A program made the position numbers and the translations under genes. A stretch of DNA of 57,230 nucleotides, the filler included, from Sphacelaria rigidula (Eukaryota), in NCBI GenBank assembly GCA_964200075.2. It is 7 parts of 7 records of this genome, joined end to end, with 100 filler letters (N's around TTAATTAATTAA, not from the genome) between each part and the next. Parts side by side here need not be neighbours in the genome. Positions count along the whole stretch, not along the records: positions 1 to 8,091 come from CAXNAA020012338.1; positions 8,192 to 16,282 come from CAXNAA020012339.1; 5 more parts are not named here. One strand, given 5' to 3'. The notes under the pieces are model-generated. The model ran no database searches and had not been told where the DNA came from. It saw nothing but the letters and a program-made list of their open reading frames with translations. Shown in pieces: positions 1 to 11,314 of the stretch (within the stretch, counting starts at the first letter, position 1; each line of letters begins with the position of its first letter).

Positions 1-13
1 CCACTGTAGGGAA

Positions 14-118
14 ACCCTGTGGAGCGTCCTGTGCTACGCTGGAAAACACTGTACAGTAAAATTCCCGCCAGGAACACTGCGTAGGGTACGTAAACCCTGT
101 AGACCCCCTCCACAGGGT
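14..118. mobile_element. small MITE-like element
   Basis: ACCCTGTGGAG (14-24) and its reverse complement CTCCACAGGGT (108-118); no clear TSD. Confidence 0.4.
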
Positions 119-869
119 GCCATCTGTCCACGTGTGAAGGGACATCACCTGAGAGGCGCCGCCGGTCATGGTGGTGCCGCCGACACAACTGCAGCGGCCA
201 GCTTCGCCGAAGCTTGCGGGAGCGTCGGAGCTGGAGGGGGACGTCACAGCTGGCAGGGCCGTCACAGCTGAGAGAAACTCCGCAGCCGGGAAGGCTAGAT
301 GATTTCGATTCTGCTCCACCGACTCCAGTACCACTACTGGGGGGAAGAATTCCCCATTAGCGTCGAGTGGTATTTCCAGCGAAGAGTGCAGACCATGGTG
401 GTGAAAGTGAGCGGGGTTCTCTTGGCGATGAACATCAGCCGGCCTCCGAAAATACAACTGCTTCTTCAGGTGTTTATTCGCTATCGGTGGGTAGTGAGCC
501 GTCTGCCGACGGCGACCTCCCGGTCGAGGGGAGCGACTCGTCTTCATCAGACGAAACTGTCCCAGTTTCAACGGTAGCGCGGACAGCGGCGCGGCAACTC
601 GAGTCTATTCCGGTTGGATCTGGAAATGGTGATGAGCTGGGGTAAAGCAGAGCGCAGATGAAAGCGCTCAAGCAAGAAGCATCTGGTCTCGTGACCATGT
701 TGGGGTCCGATCAAGGGGATAAGACAATTCATGGTCTGCTGGCGGTACAAGAGGTTACCCGTAAGCCGAGCGAGCTACCTGAATGTCCCGTCAAGGAAAA
801 GAGGGACCGAAGCCGTTGTCATACCCTGCGTCGAGTTCATCATAATACTCGGATGGGTGGATAGAGGCG

Positions 870-2570
870 ATGAAGATAGAGTTCGATGGGCTCATGGTTG
901 CTGAAACATTCGCGGACGTGATTGGCATTCCAGAGGGGTTCAACATCGTGGGCGCTAAGTGGGTATATAAGTGGAAAACTGATTCACATGGTATGGTTGA
1001 CTGGGCGAGAGCCCGTATGGTAGCTATGAGATACCGTCAGGTAGACGGAGTAGACTACTTTGACACGTCTGCCCCTACGGCATCGGCAATGGCATATGAG
1101 CTAGACTGGGATCTAGGGCACTTCGATGCAGACCACGTCGGAGTTGGGCACCAATATCTACTTGCGCCTACCCCCCGGTTGCGGATCTGTATCTGATAAG
1201 GTAGTGCGCCTCAACAAGGAGTTGTACGGTTTCAAGCAGAGTGGTCGTGCATGGTATCAATAGTTGCCGTCGACCATGGTGAAGTGTGGTTTCCAGCACT
1301 GCTTGGTAGATCCCTGTCTGTGTTGACTGAGGGTCGCTGAAGACGTTGCGGCGATGATGGTCTTTGTTGTGGACGATATCATGATAGCAGCTACTGGGAA
1401 AGTGACTGCGGTAATAGTCGGTGCAATCAATCAGAGATTTACCGCTAAACATCTCGGGGAGGTAGAGTGGTACATGGGGAGTGAGTACAAAAAGGACCGG
1501 GAGAAAGGTACTTTGGAGATTTCACAAACCCGATTCATTAAGAGTGTGCCGAATCGTTTGACCTCTCGAAGACTAGCCCCATTTCCGCTACTCCTGCGTG
1601 AGACCTCAGCCATGCAAGCGAGGAGGAGACCGTGGTGGATGTGCCTTTCGGTGAGATCGTGGGGAGCTTGATGTGGATAGCGAACCAGACGAGGCCCGAT
1701 ATCGCACATGCAGTTCGAGCGATCGCTCGGTTCTCTCATGAACCCGAGCTGACTCACTACAAGGCGGCAAAGAAGATACTCGAGTATTTGAATGCCATGT
1801 CGGACTTCCGTTTAGTTTTCGAGAAGGTTAGCGATATGAAATGTATTCCGTTGGATTTTGATTTGAATACGTCCGCTAACGCAGACTACGCCCATATGGC
1901 AGAGGACCGACGTTCTATTCGCGGTGGAGCTATTTGCTGTGGGGGTACGCTAGTGTCTTGGTGCTCTAGACTGCTGCCGAGATAGCCCTCCCCCCCGAAC
2001 CGGCCAGAAAAGTGCACGGAAGCAATGATCATCAATGCCATTAGAGCTGGTTTCTTGCTGCATGAAGTGACTCATTTGGGCGTTACAGCTGATTTCGGAC
2101 TACTACACGCCTCTCAAGTGGGCCAAGTTGCTGCAAACGAGCCCAATAGTGGGATCACAGCCGGTTTGTCGGACGGTCTCCAGTGCACTTTTAGTGGAGG
2201 GGCTATCTCGGCATTAGTCTCCAGGACGCAGAAGTGCGTCACCCTATCTACTACTGAGGCAGAGTATGTAGGAACGGCAGACGGTGTCAAGGAGACCCTG
2301 TATGTGAGGGGGATTCTTGAGTTCCCAACGCCCAGTTTGGGGTCGGCAAGCATTGGCGTTTTTGACGACAACAAGGGGGCGATAAACTTGGCTGAAAACC
2401 CCTTAAGCTTGTCCAACAGCAAATACATGGCCATACGGTGCCATGGTTCTCGGGAGTTCGTTGCTAGTGATCACATACCCGTGAAGTATCTTCAATGAGA
2501 AGAACAGCATGCGGACATTCTAACCAAAGCCGTTGGTAGAGAGAGTTTCGAAGGCATCGTGATTTCTCCC
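870..2570 (+). pseudogene. copia reverse transcriptase-RNase H, frameshifted, with stops and an inserted element
   Basis: ORFs 870-1196, 1354-1671, 1632-1985 and the 3' part of 2025-2498 carry consecutive copia pol motifs. Confidence 0.92.
1970..2218 (+). mobile_element. 249-bp non-autonomous TIR element with 6-bp flanking direct repeat (copy 1)
   Basis: TIR ACTGCTGCCGAGATAGCCC / GGGCTATCTCGGCATTAGT; flanks CTCTAG (1964-1969) and CTCCAG (2219-2224); removal restores copia SW(C)SRTQK; homologous copy at 39785-40033. Confidence 0.9.
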
Positions 2571-2774
2571 AGGCAAGGTGCAGAATTCACCGTTTAGGTT
2601 TGGGTTGTGGTGGACCACATCATTTGAGATGAGCGATGAAAGCAGGGAGTTCGATCTACAGTGGTTTATTCGACGGCAATAGGGTCATGCTTGGGCTTGT
2701 TAGTCGATAAAGCTAGGCAGGGTGTTCAATGTAGTTGATCTACGAACAGAAGCCCGAAGCATGAGCGGGGACAT

Positions 2775-3250
2775 TGCGGGGTATTCAATAATTCTGGCAA
2801 GGGTACTAAGAACGATCCGTGTGATTGGAGGAAGGCAAATTGTTCCGAGTTCCTATACTTCGAGAAATGTATCACTGATCCCGCGGCGCAGTAGATTCGG
2901 GATCCTAGGCAGTCTTGACAGGGTAGCGCTGTCATGCGTGAGAGGACCGCGTGCTGAGGGGACCGCATCGTAGTTCGAAACACCTCAGGATCGACGTTTT
3001 CAAAACCAATCGAGGCAGTCCCTACGGGGACCACGCCCCGGACCCTGACCCTAGCACTAACCCTAACCCTAACCCTTACCATAGGGATGCTCGAATTCCG
3101 ATGCGGTTTCCTAAGCACGCGGTCCTCCCACGCATTGCAGTGCTCTACGCCCTACTCTCCCACTCGTCTTCCTCATCCCTCTTCACCCATTTTCGTGCGT
3201 GTGGATAGTAATAATAAAGACTCACAACACATCGTCATCTTTCTCCCACA
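2775..3250 (+). repeat. putative 3' LTR of the copia element
   Basis: Follows purine-rich GAGCGGGGACA; starts TGCGGG and ends CCCACA; AATAAA near the 3' end; no 5' LTR in the window for comparison. Confidence 0.5.
2925..3144. mobile_element. MITE with ~60-bp imperfect TIRs and an internal (CCCTAA)n tract
   Basis: 2925-2984 is the imperfect reverse complement of 3084-3144; telomere-like CCCTGA/CCCTAA repeats at 3043-3078. Confidence 0.75.
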
Positions 3251-3436
3251 TACTGCAGGCGGGCAGTAATCTGTTTGGGCACACAGGAAGGGGCTGTTGT
3301 TGCTGCAAGGCCACCTGATCAACACGATTATTCGAATAGCACACATACACAAAACAAGTATATTCCCGCAAACTACCCTCCCCCTCTCCACCTACCCACC
3401 CACTGGTCTCGAAAAGGATGCGTGCGCCACTCCGCC

Positions 3437-5790
3437 TGCATCGTGGACGGAGGGCAGGCTACGTGGGTGGCAACGAAGGATCTGGTGGCTCATGCCGTGA
3501 CGTTGTTCCATCTCCGTCCTGATTGTTAGGTGTTCATGTTTCCAGATGCATGTGAGTGCCATTGGGGTAGTTCTGTCATTCAGGTGCCTGAAATTGAAAT
3601 GCAAAGACGCTTGCCGGTCGAGGATATGATGCATGAACCGCTGGCTTCCCTCAGTGATAGTTTCAAGGGTTCGCAGTTACATTCGACCATAATTGACGAG
3701 GAAGGTTTAGCTATTGTGAGCACTTCTCGTCGTTTCGAGCATCCTTTGTGGGATGGCGTGCACATTTTCACGGATCACCGAAATCTCGTGTATATTTTCA
3801 ACCCGGAAGCGTGCTTTAGGTCTGTGTCGAAGGCGTTGGCGCAACGTTTGGAGGGTTGGGAAGCTGTTGTTGGCCAGTATCGTCACTTGATTTGCCATGT
3901 TTCGGGTGACCGTAAGGCGTTGGGTGACTTACTTTCGCGTTGGGTGAATGTTCCGGCTTTGCCTGTGCGCGCTGTGGCTGTGTATGGTCCGTGTGAACCT
4001 GATGACTCGATACCGTCCAAATTTGTTATCCGCCAAGGGCAACGGAAAGACCTTGAGGCCGAAGATGCGGATGTGCAATCTTTCGAGTCGGACCTTGGTA
4101 CTGCTATCTTGGACAATGAAGGTCTGTCTCGTGTGCATGTGCGTGGTCGAAACGTTTTGTGGATTCCGAGCTCTGACAAGTAGTTGCAGGTACGTCTGAT
4201 GATTTGCGCGCACATGCGCGAAGGCGGGCATCGTGGTGTGGCTGCGACGCTCGTGCGCTTGCAAGAGTTTCGTGTTTGGCAGGGGATAGAAACTCATGCA
4301 CGCGAATTTGTCCGTCAGTGTCTTGACTGTGCTGACTGGAGGGCGGGCGATGTTGTTCCCCGCCCGCTCGGCGAAACGGTCTATGGGACTATGCCGAATG
4401 AAGTCGTCCATTTTCACTTCTTGTACGTGGGCGAGAGTGGCCCGCTAGCTTCCCGAGGGTTGTCGGAGGATTCTGGGTTTCGATATATTATGGTAATCAT
4501 GGATGATTTGAGCAACTTCGTGGCTCTGGAACCAGTAGCAATGTGTACTGCTGAATCGGCTGCTGCATCTTCGCTGAATCGGTGCAAACCTTTGGGGGTG
4601 CCGCGTGTGTGGGTGAGTGATACCGCCACGCATTTGAAGAATATGATCTTGGCCCGACTGCGGGAGGCTTTTCACGCTGATCACCAGTTTGCGGTGGTAT
4701 ATTCTCCGTGGTTCAGCGGTGCGTGCGAAGGCATGGTCGAGGAGGTAGTTCGTGCTCTTCGCTCTATTCTTTTCGAGCAGCGTAGAGCGATTTCGGAGTG
4801 GGTGGACGTGTTGCCGGCCGTGCAATGGGCGCTCAAAACAGCGTATCGTCGTCGTTACGATAGTACGCCGTACCACGTGATGTTTGGTCGTGCTCCTCGG
4901 ACGTCTTTCTCGGTGTTGCATCTTCGTCGGCAGCGGGATGGAATTGTGATGTCTTGGATCATGGTCAAATTGAGCGTGCGTTGCACGGAGTCTTGGACTT
5001 GCAAGAGCGTTTCCACGTTCAAGTGCAGGAACGTGTCGCCGCTGAACGTGCGCCTAGACGTGAGGGGTCCTCGTCGGGGCTGAAACTGTCGGATTTCGAG
5101 GTTGGCGACTATGTCTTGTATGCACGCGTGCGTGGTCCGGGTGTTACGCCCAAGTTGATGGCGACGTGGACTAGTCCGTGGAGAGTGGCTGGTGCTCACC
5201 ACGCGCACGTGTTTGAGATGCAGAACATTATTTCGGGTCGTGTTTAGACCGCCCATGTAGTTCGATTGCGTTTTTATGCAGACTCGCAGCTTAATGTTAC
5301 GGCTGCCGTCAAGGACGTGTTCCGGCACGCTTTCAATCAGGGGCAATTTCAGATGGCTGGTATTGTTCGAGTGGCAGAAGCAGACGATCGGTCGTTGATT
5401 GTGTTGGTCGACAGGTTTGGTTCCGAAGTCGAGGAGCGTACGTGGGAGCCTTCCAAGCATATTTGTGAGGCCGTTCCGGAATTTCTTACGAAGAAGTTGT
5501 GTATATTGCGCGTGACTCGTGCCCTTGCTGCTTGCATATCACGCTTGAGTTTGGTATTCAGTTGTGAATTGTTCATCGCTTTGGCGTTTTCGATGTGTCA
5601 AGCCTGTTGATTGATTTTCGTCCAACGCGCTTCGGGGGTGCTGTGACGAAATTACGCCGATACGTTGTGTTGGTAGTGATGATATAGATTATGACCGGGG
5701 CACGGAGATTCTGGAGGATTCTGGAGGATTCTGAATATTGACCGGGGACGCGGGAATGATACTCTGCGGGTCTAGGAGGCTGTGCCTACA
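3437..5790 (+). mobile_element. 5'-truncated Ty3/gypsy chromovirus-like retrotransposon (RNase H, integrase, chromodomain, start of 3' LTR at 5642)
   Basis: RNase H motifs FPDA..HWG and FTDHRNL; integrase HHCC (H..GGHRG...CLDC); rve core IMDDLSNF/WVSD/YSPW..G..E; chromodomain-like V.R.G.E.EERTWEP; GGGGGTGC then TG; matches 37821-40720. Confidence 0.93.
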
Positions 5791-6406
5791 AATGTCGAAG
5801 TATTCGTTAGCAGAGCAAGCCACAACCCAAGATGGGTGAGTATGTGACGCACTGGTCCTGTTTTCGACTCGTTAACTCAAACAGTAGGGTCTCTTTCACA
5901 CAAGGCATTCGTCAACAGCAGACAGCTGTTGTTGGAAGTAAGCACCGAGCTCTTTCGGAAAAGGAAACACCAATAGACACCAAAAGGGTTATGTTACTCG
6001 TGACTTACTCGTATTATATAGCTCGTCACGGCTTGCCGGCAGAAGATGAGACGTCGCACAGAGCAGATGAAAAGCTGATGGTCCTTCTTGTGAATAGTTC
6101 TACGGTAGCTGTTCCTGGCGGTGGTTTGCAGGTGAGCATCGTAAACGATGCTGCTCACGATTACTCTCAAAAGCTCCTAGCTACGCATACAATCTTGTCA
6201 TATAAATACCACTCAGCGTGACGCACTGTACCTTAAGCCAATCAAAGCTGTAGTAGCATCAGGTACACGCGGCTAATCGGGTACAATCCGGTATCTACCT
6301 TCAAGCAGCCGTGTCAACAATAAAAGGATCCAAATCCTGCCTCACACAAAGACATATTCGACTCGAATCTTTCCATAACCGCCAGTCGTTTCTAGAAACC
6401 ATCTGC

Positions 6407-6856
6407 ATATAACACGGGATCTTACAAATTGGGAATGAATCATTTATTGGGGATGAGAAACCCGGAGGATTAAAATCTTCGTATTCACACCAAATATTCG
6501 AAATATGGTTCCATTTCCTCACCTCCTGATAGCTATTGACAACTTCTACACGCCATAGGAATTTGGATTTCGATGACCGAAATGTTGGGGCCCTAGGTGA
6601 AAAAAAACATTTCGGAACCATTTGGCGTCCGCTCGGACACCCGGAATTCCACAAAAGTGTTTTTCACCTAGGCCCCCGACATTTCGGTGTTCGAAATCCA
6701 ATTTTCTATGACGTGTAGTAGTTGTCAATAGCTACCAGTAGGTGGAGAAATGGGACCATATTTCGAATATTTGATGCGGATACGAAGATTTTAATCCTCC
6801 GGGTTTCCATCCCCAATAAATGATCCATCCCCAATTTGTAAGATCCCGTGTTATAT
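6407..6856. mobile_element. foldback MITE, ~450-bp imperfect palindrome
   Basis: Arms of about 200 bp (ATATAACACGGGATCTTACAAATTGGG.../...CCCAATTTGTAAGATCCCGTGTTATAT); TA at both ends. Confidence 0.9.
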
Positions 6857-8091
6857 CCACAAAGAACTAGTTTTAACTCAGGCACTCAGTCATTTACCAT
6901 CACATTAGCCCACTCTGGATCGTTCAAGTGCAGTCCATTTTCAGAAGGGACGAACTTGCATCGAGCCACACCTCTCCCACACCACAGAAAAACTGACTCC
7001 ATTTAAAGATCGAGTCCTCTGTGGTACGGGGAACGGGAAGGGGCGATCAACACGAAAAAAAACAAGAAAATACAAACACAAGCACAAAGCAAAGAGAATA
7101 TAAAAACTCGAACCGGTACAATGATTCGCTGTCCTCATCTTCCGTGAATTCTTCAGACGGGATCATGAGAAAAAAAGAAAAGACCCAAAATCAACAATCA
7201 AATCATATACCATAAAGTGCAGTGTCTCCAGAATGCCGGGAGCATTTCCGTGATAGGTACAGGAAATCAGAGACCAATCATTGAAACGATTATCATACCC
7301 TGCCATAACTATATCATGAACAAATAGTTCGCTCTTTTCCGAATGTCCGATTTGTTTTGGGTCATTGGTAGAAGAACAAGCAAGCCCGCCAAGGCATTAT
7401 ATCACTTCGATAACCAAGTTCATGCTAATCACTCGCCCCAGTCAATCAGCAAAAGCAAACAACGTACAGCCGAGTTCGTCGCGGAAATGGTAGTTTCCCG
7501 CGAAAACCATATGTTGATAAAGAAAACCCAAATAGGATAATACGGACAAATCAACCCGTTTGACATGAGTTAATTGTCGGTACATGTTTGTGAAAACAAC
7601 GACTTACTTGGGACGTCTGGTTGATGATCCAGTCGTTTCAAGATTTTGTATTTTTTCTCACACGACGATACGAAAACAACTGACCGGTTTGTGAGTTCAG
7701 GTGTCCGTACACGTCAAAAGAAACGTGGTGGACAATACACAACATTCGGGCCTACTACGTAGTTCCGAGGCGGATCATCTGACACATTTCTGAACCACGA
7801 CAAATACACTGGACAGAGGGGACCGACGCAGCCCACTCCTCACAGTATTTGCCCGTTCGGACTAAGACGAGACTGGCCCGAACACAAACTGGAGTAAAAC
7901 CCACAGCCGGTCGTACCGTCACGTGACTTCGTTCAATAATCCCTGATAAAATCAAAACACCACCGACCAATTTCAGGGGCGGGTAATTGTACGCAAAAAC
8001 TGGTAAAAGTGACAGAAAAAATAGCGAGTGGCGGACTCTGAGCCTGTAGGCTGTACCAACGGTCGAATATCGACATGGCGGAACGGACAGT

Positions 8092-8191
8092 NNNNNNNNN
8101 NNNNNNNNNNNNNNNNNNNNNNNNNNNNNNNNNNNTTAATTAATTAANNNNNNNNNNNNNNNNNNNNNNNNNNNNNNNNNNNNNNNNNNNN
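8092..8191. other. artificial contig spacer
   Basis: 44N+TTAATTAATTAA+44N (stop codons in all six frames). Confidence 0.99.
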
Positions 8192-8252
8192 AAAGCACGG
8201 CTTTTGAGTTGAACCTCATTTTTTTTCAACCCCATTTTCGAAAATCGGCTGT
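8192..8252. repeat. high-copy repeat found at contig ends
   Basis: AAAGCACGGCTTTTGAGTTGAACCTCATT...CCCCATTTTCGAAAATCGGCTGTT recurs at 32768-32831 and as a reverse complement at 40803-40852. Confidence 0.85.
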
Positions 8253-8255
8253 TTA

Positions 8256-8713
8256 CTGTAATGCAACGCGCTTGAAAAATTGTTTTTAATTTAGAATCCG
8301 CGGCAGCTGTAGTTTGAATATCCCTTCTGACGGTCCCAAACGGGATCTGATGCAGCGACGGAAAGCGCTGGCACCTTCCCCCTCAAATGGGATTTGAGAT
8401 AACCTCAGCGTTAGGTTTGGACCCCAGGGGGAGTCCGGAAATAACGGGTTGTTTTCTTGGGAAGCAATGAAATATCGATTTTCAACAGGGGAAGATGTAC
8501 TACGGTACCCCCGAAAACTACTCTACATGATTAATACCGAGCGATGTTTACCAAATATCCCCACAGTTATCACGAATCCCATTTGAGGGGGAAGGTGCCA
8601 GCGCTTTCCGTTGCTGCATCAGATCCCGTTTGGGACCGTCAGAAGGGATATTCAAACTACAGCTGCCGCGGATTCTAAATTAAAAACAATTTTTCACGCG
8701 CGTTGCACTACAG
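8256..8713. mobile_element. young MITE with ~145-bp TIRs and TA TSD (Tc1/mariner-type)
   Basis: TA|CTGTAATGCAACGCGC...GCGCGTTGCACTACAG|TA; arms 8256-8402 and 8567-8713 are nearly identical. Confidence 0.9.
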
Positions 8714-10038
8714 TAGACTAAGTATTGTTTAACAGCCCACCGCGAAACCGGTTCTCAACACAGCCACGGCGGAGGTAGCCATACAAGGCGTGATAGCTGG
8801 TTCAGACTGGATGAAGCGCCTCGCGTGGGCACTGCTGGCGAAACAACCCCAGGCGTGAGGCTAACCCTTACCCCCGATGTGTGTGCCTGCAGCTTTATTG
8901 TGGGGCACCGGTATATCTCAGCAGAGTGCTGAATGATGATGCGTTTCGAAGATCGTTGGCATCTGCCGCCGCATTGGATCGTTTCGCTGACGGCGGTCGT
9001 CGCCGGCGCAACAGTATGAAGTCTCTCTCAGATACTCAACATGAGGCGCTCGAAAACTCGATGACTAGTCCAAAAAAGTATGTTTCCAGCATGCTTTGTT
9101 ACGTGTTCCGTAGCGCTAAGACGCAGGGAGGGGTTTCTCAAAAGATGCGACACAATGAATGACGGTGGCTTTTCTGTTGGACTCCTCACCATCATGCTTT
9201 CGCTGCCGTGCAGAAACTTTTGCGTTAGGGGCACATGGTCGAGAGCGGTTGCGAATCCCGAGCCTTTTGAACAAAGTAAATGAAGTTTCGATGGTCCGTT
9301 GAACCTCAATTGAATGTTGAACCTCACAAACGAATCCAGGCTGTTGAATACATCCTGATCCCTTTTGTTCTGTAGCTTCCACGTCTATAATAATAGGAGC
9401 TCCTCAATGAGAGATCTGGATCCAAATGTGCAACCCTTCACTTACCGTATGAAATATGACTCCATTTCTCGCGCAGTGCATCTCTTCTTTTTAGCGACAA
9501 AGCGTGCATTAGCAGGTTGGTCTGCGGTTCACACCAATATATGCTTACATCGGGCTAGTTCGGGACACTGCAAAAGCTATCGTGTGGCGAAGGAATACCG
9601 GTTTCTTGGCTGGCCTACGAGTACAGCTCATCATATTTACGTTTATTCTTCATCGTGCCTCTTTCACAAATTATGGTGTAACCTGCAAGTAAAGTAAGAC
9701 TTGTTGTGCTTCCCGTTGTTTTACTGAAAATCAGTCTGTTTTGTTGGGCCATATTTTCCCTTGTCGTACCTTATTGGCCGATTGTACTTCTGGGAGGGGT
9801 TATTGCGGCCGTTTTAGTACATATGTTTTAAAATCATTGAGTAGCAATCGCCACCTGGATACCACACATATATAATGAAAACCGGAGTATTATTACAGAA
9901 AAAAAAAGAGGAGAAAAGCTAAACATTTTGGACCACCTACGCCCCTACGGAAAAGACTGTCTTCCGCACATTGGTTGTAGTGTGGAGCTCACGTAGGCTA
10001 GTGGTCCTACAGAGAGAGGAGTTTGTCCTTGCGGTTAA

Positions 10039-10136
10039 CCCTTAGACCGCGAGGTTGGTCTTCTGTTGAATCGGCATCAATTTCAAGTGAAAAAAAGTAT
10101 GCATGATCCAGAAAGACTAACCTCGCGGTCTTAGGG
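10039..10136. mobile_element. 98-bp piggyBac-type MITE
   Basis: TTAA at 10035-10038 and 10137-10140; 24-bp TIR CCCTTAGACCGCGAGGTTGGTCTT with 2 mismatches. Confidence 0.9.
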
Positions 10137-10498
10137 TTAAGAGAGCTATAATAGCAACCATTAATCGTGGGGAAATATCATCTTGGGTCATGTCTAGGGG
10201 ACCGGGAATATCAAAACCCAGGAACGTCTACACAGTGCTCTCGATGCGTCAACAGTAATTGCTACCCGGGTGAGTGAGGTTCTGACTCATAAACCTTCGA
10301 CAATCTTGCAGGTGACCGACTTCGCGACAATTCCGCTCCTGCGCCGTCATTTCACACGGTAGTAAAAACTGAACGATGCTTAATTCCTTGAAAACTACAA
10401 AAATTCAAGATTTCCGCGTAACGACGCCACGCGCTTGTAGGTCTTTATGTGCTGGTCGACCCTATCCGCTTTGAATAGGTGATTGTTGTATTTTTCTA

Positions 10499-10608
10499 CA
10501 CGGGTGGCCACTGTGGTGCCTGCAACCTCAAATTTGGATGTTACAGACCTTGTGCAACGTCTGTAAGGTCTCAAGTTGAGGTTGCACGCACCCCAGTGGC
10601 CACCCGTG
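10499..10608. mobile_element. 110-bp Tc1/mariner-type MITE
   Basis: TA|CACGGGTGGCCACTG.GGTGC.TGCAACCTCAA...TTGAGGTTGCACGCACCCCAGTGGCCACCCGTG|TA. Confidence 0.88.
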
Positions 10609-11052
10609 TACTGTAGAAGGAATTGTCACCACCACGCGGTCCATGCTCATCAAGGCGTGGCGACAGAGGAACGAAACACGGCAACACACAGAGATATTGC
10701 GGGCGTATTGAGTTAACTCTGCATCTCATGATAACAAAACTGCGGTATATCGCTCTCGGCGCCGTGGTGAACCACTCGATCACTACCTTCAACAGGCAGA
10801 CACAGGGGACAAGGGCAACCCATGGCCTGCAACTTTGCGACAGCCAAGATGAGAAAGATCATTACATCATAGAGAGGAACTCCGACATGGGCAAAACAAC
10901 ACGAAACGACGGAGTGAGAGACGAAGCGAAACCATCACCCAAGATGAGGGAGAACGAGGGTGAATGGACCATCTGTGTCGGCTGTCGCCACCCAAGCCAA
11001 TGGAAACGACACGCATACAAATCGTGATTGCACTACAGTGCAATGGAGGAAA

Positions 11053-11314
11053 GACACTTTCCACGATAGCCCTCCCCAAAAGCCAGCCTCAAAGTGTTAC
11101 GAAAAAAACAATCATACAGCGCCTGATGTTTGTGTTCAGGCTGCATGAAGCACCTCATATGGGTGACATTGGCGCGAACGAACCCAAGCGTGGGAATTCC
11201 CAGCTGCTCGTTCAGCTCGGCTTTTTCCATTTAGATTTATGCGAAGATTTTGACTTCCCAAACCAGGCACTTTTATTTTCTTTTTTGGGGGGGGGGGCTC
11301 TCGTAGAAAGTGTC
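11053..11314. mobile_element. MITE with GACACTTTC(C/T)ACGA TIRs (copy 1)
   Basis: TIRs at both ends, flanked by GAAA/GAAA; interior homologous (inverted) to 31198-31395. Confidence 0.8.

Larger units (their letters stand above)
120..3250 (+). mobile_element. decayed Ty1/copia LTR retrotransposon (3' part: RT, RNase H, 3' LTR)
   Basis: Copia RT motifs across frameshifts: AMKIEFDGL, IVGAKWVYKWK..RARMVA..Q.DGVDY.DT.AP, LYGFKQSGRAWY, VVDDIMI, EIVGSLMW..TRPDIAHAV. RNase H motifs ADYA..EDRRS..G and SRTQKCVTLSTTEAEY. Confidence 0.95.

Noticed and set aside
5844..6227. 11-bp direct repeat GTGACGCACTG as a TSD
   Set aside because: No terminal structure or second copy supports an element between the repeats.
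6536..6728. Pair of similar 60-aa ORFs on opposite strands
   Set aside because: A direct consequence of the palindrome.
8136..8147. Periodic TTAATTAATTAA motif as a biological repeat or piggyBac site
   Set aside because: Always centred in 44N...44N; it is a synthetic six-frame stop linker.
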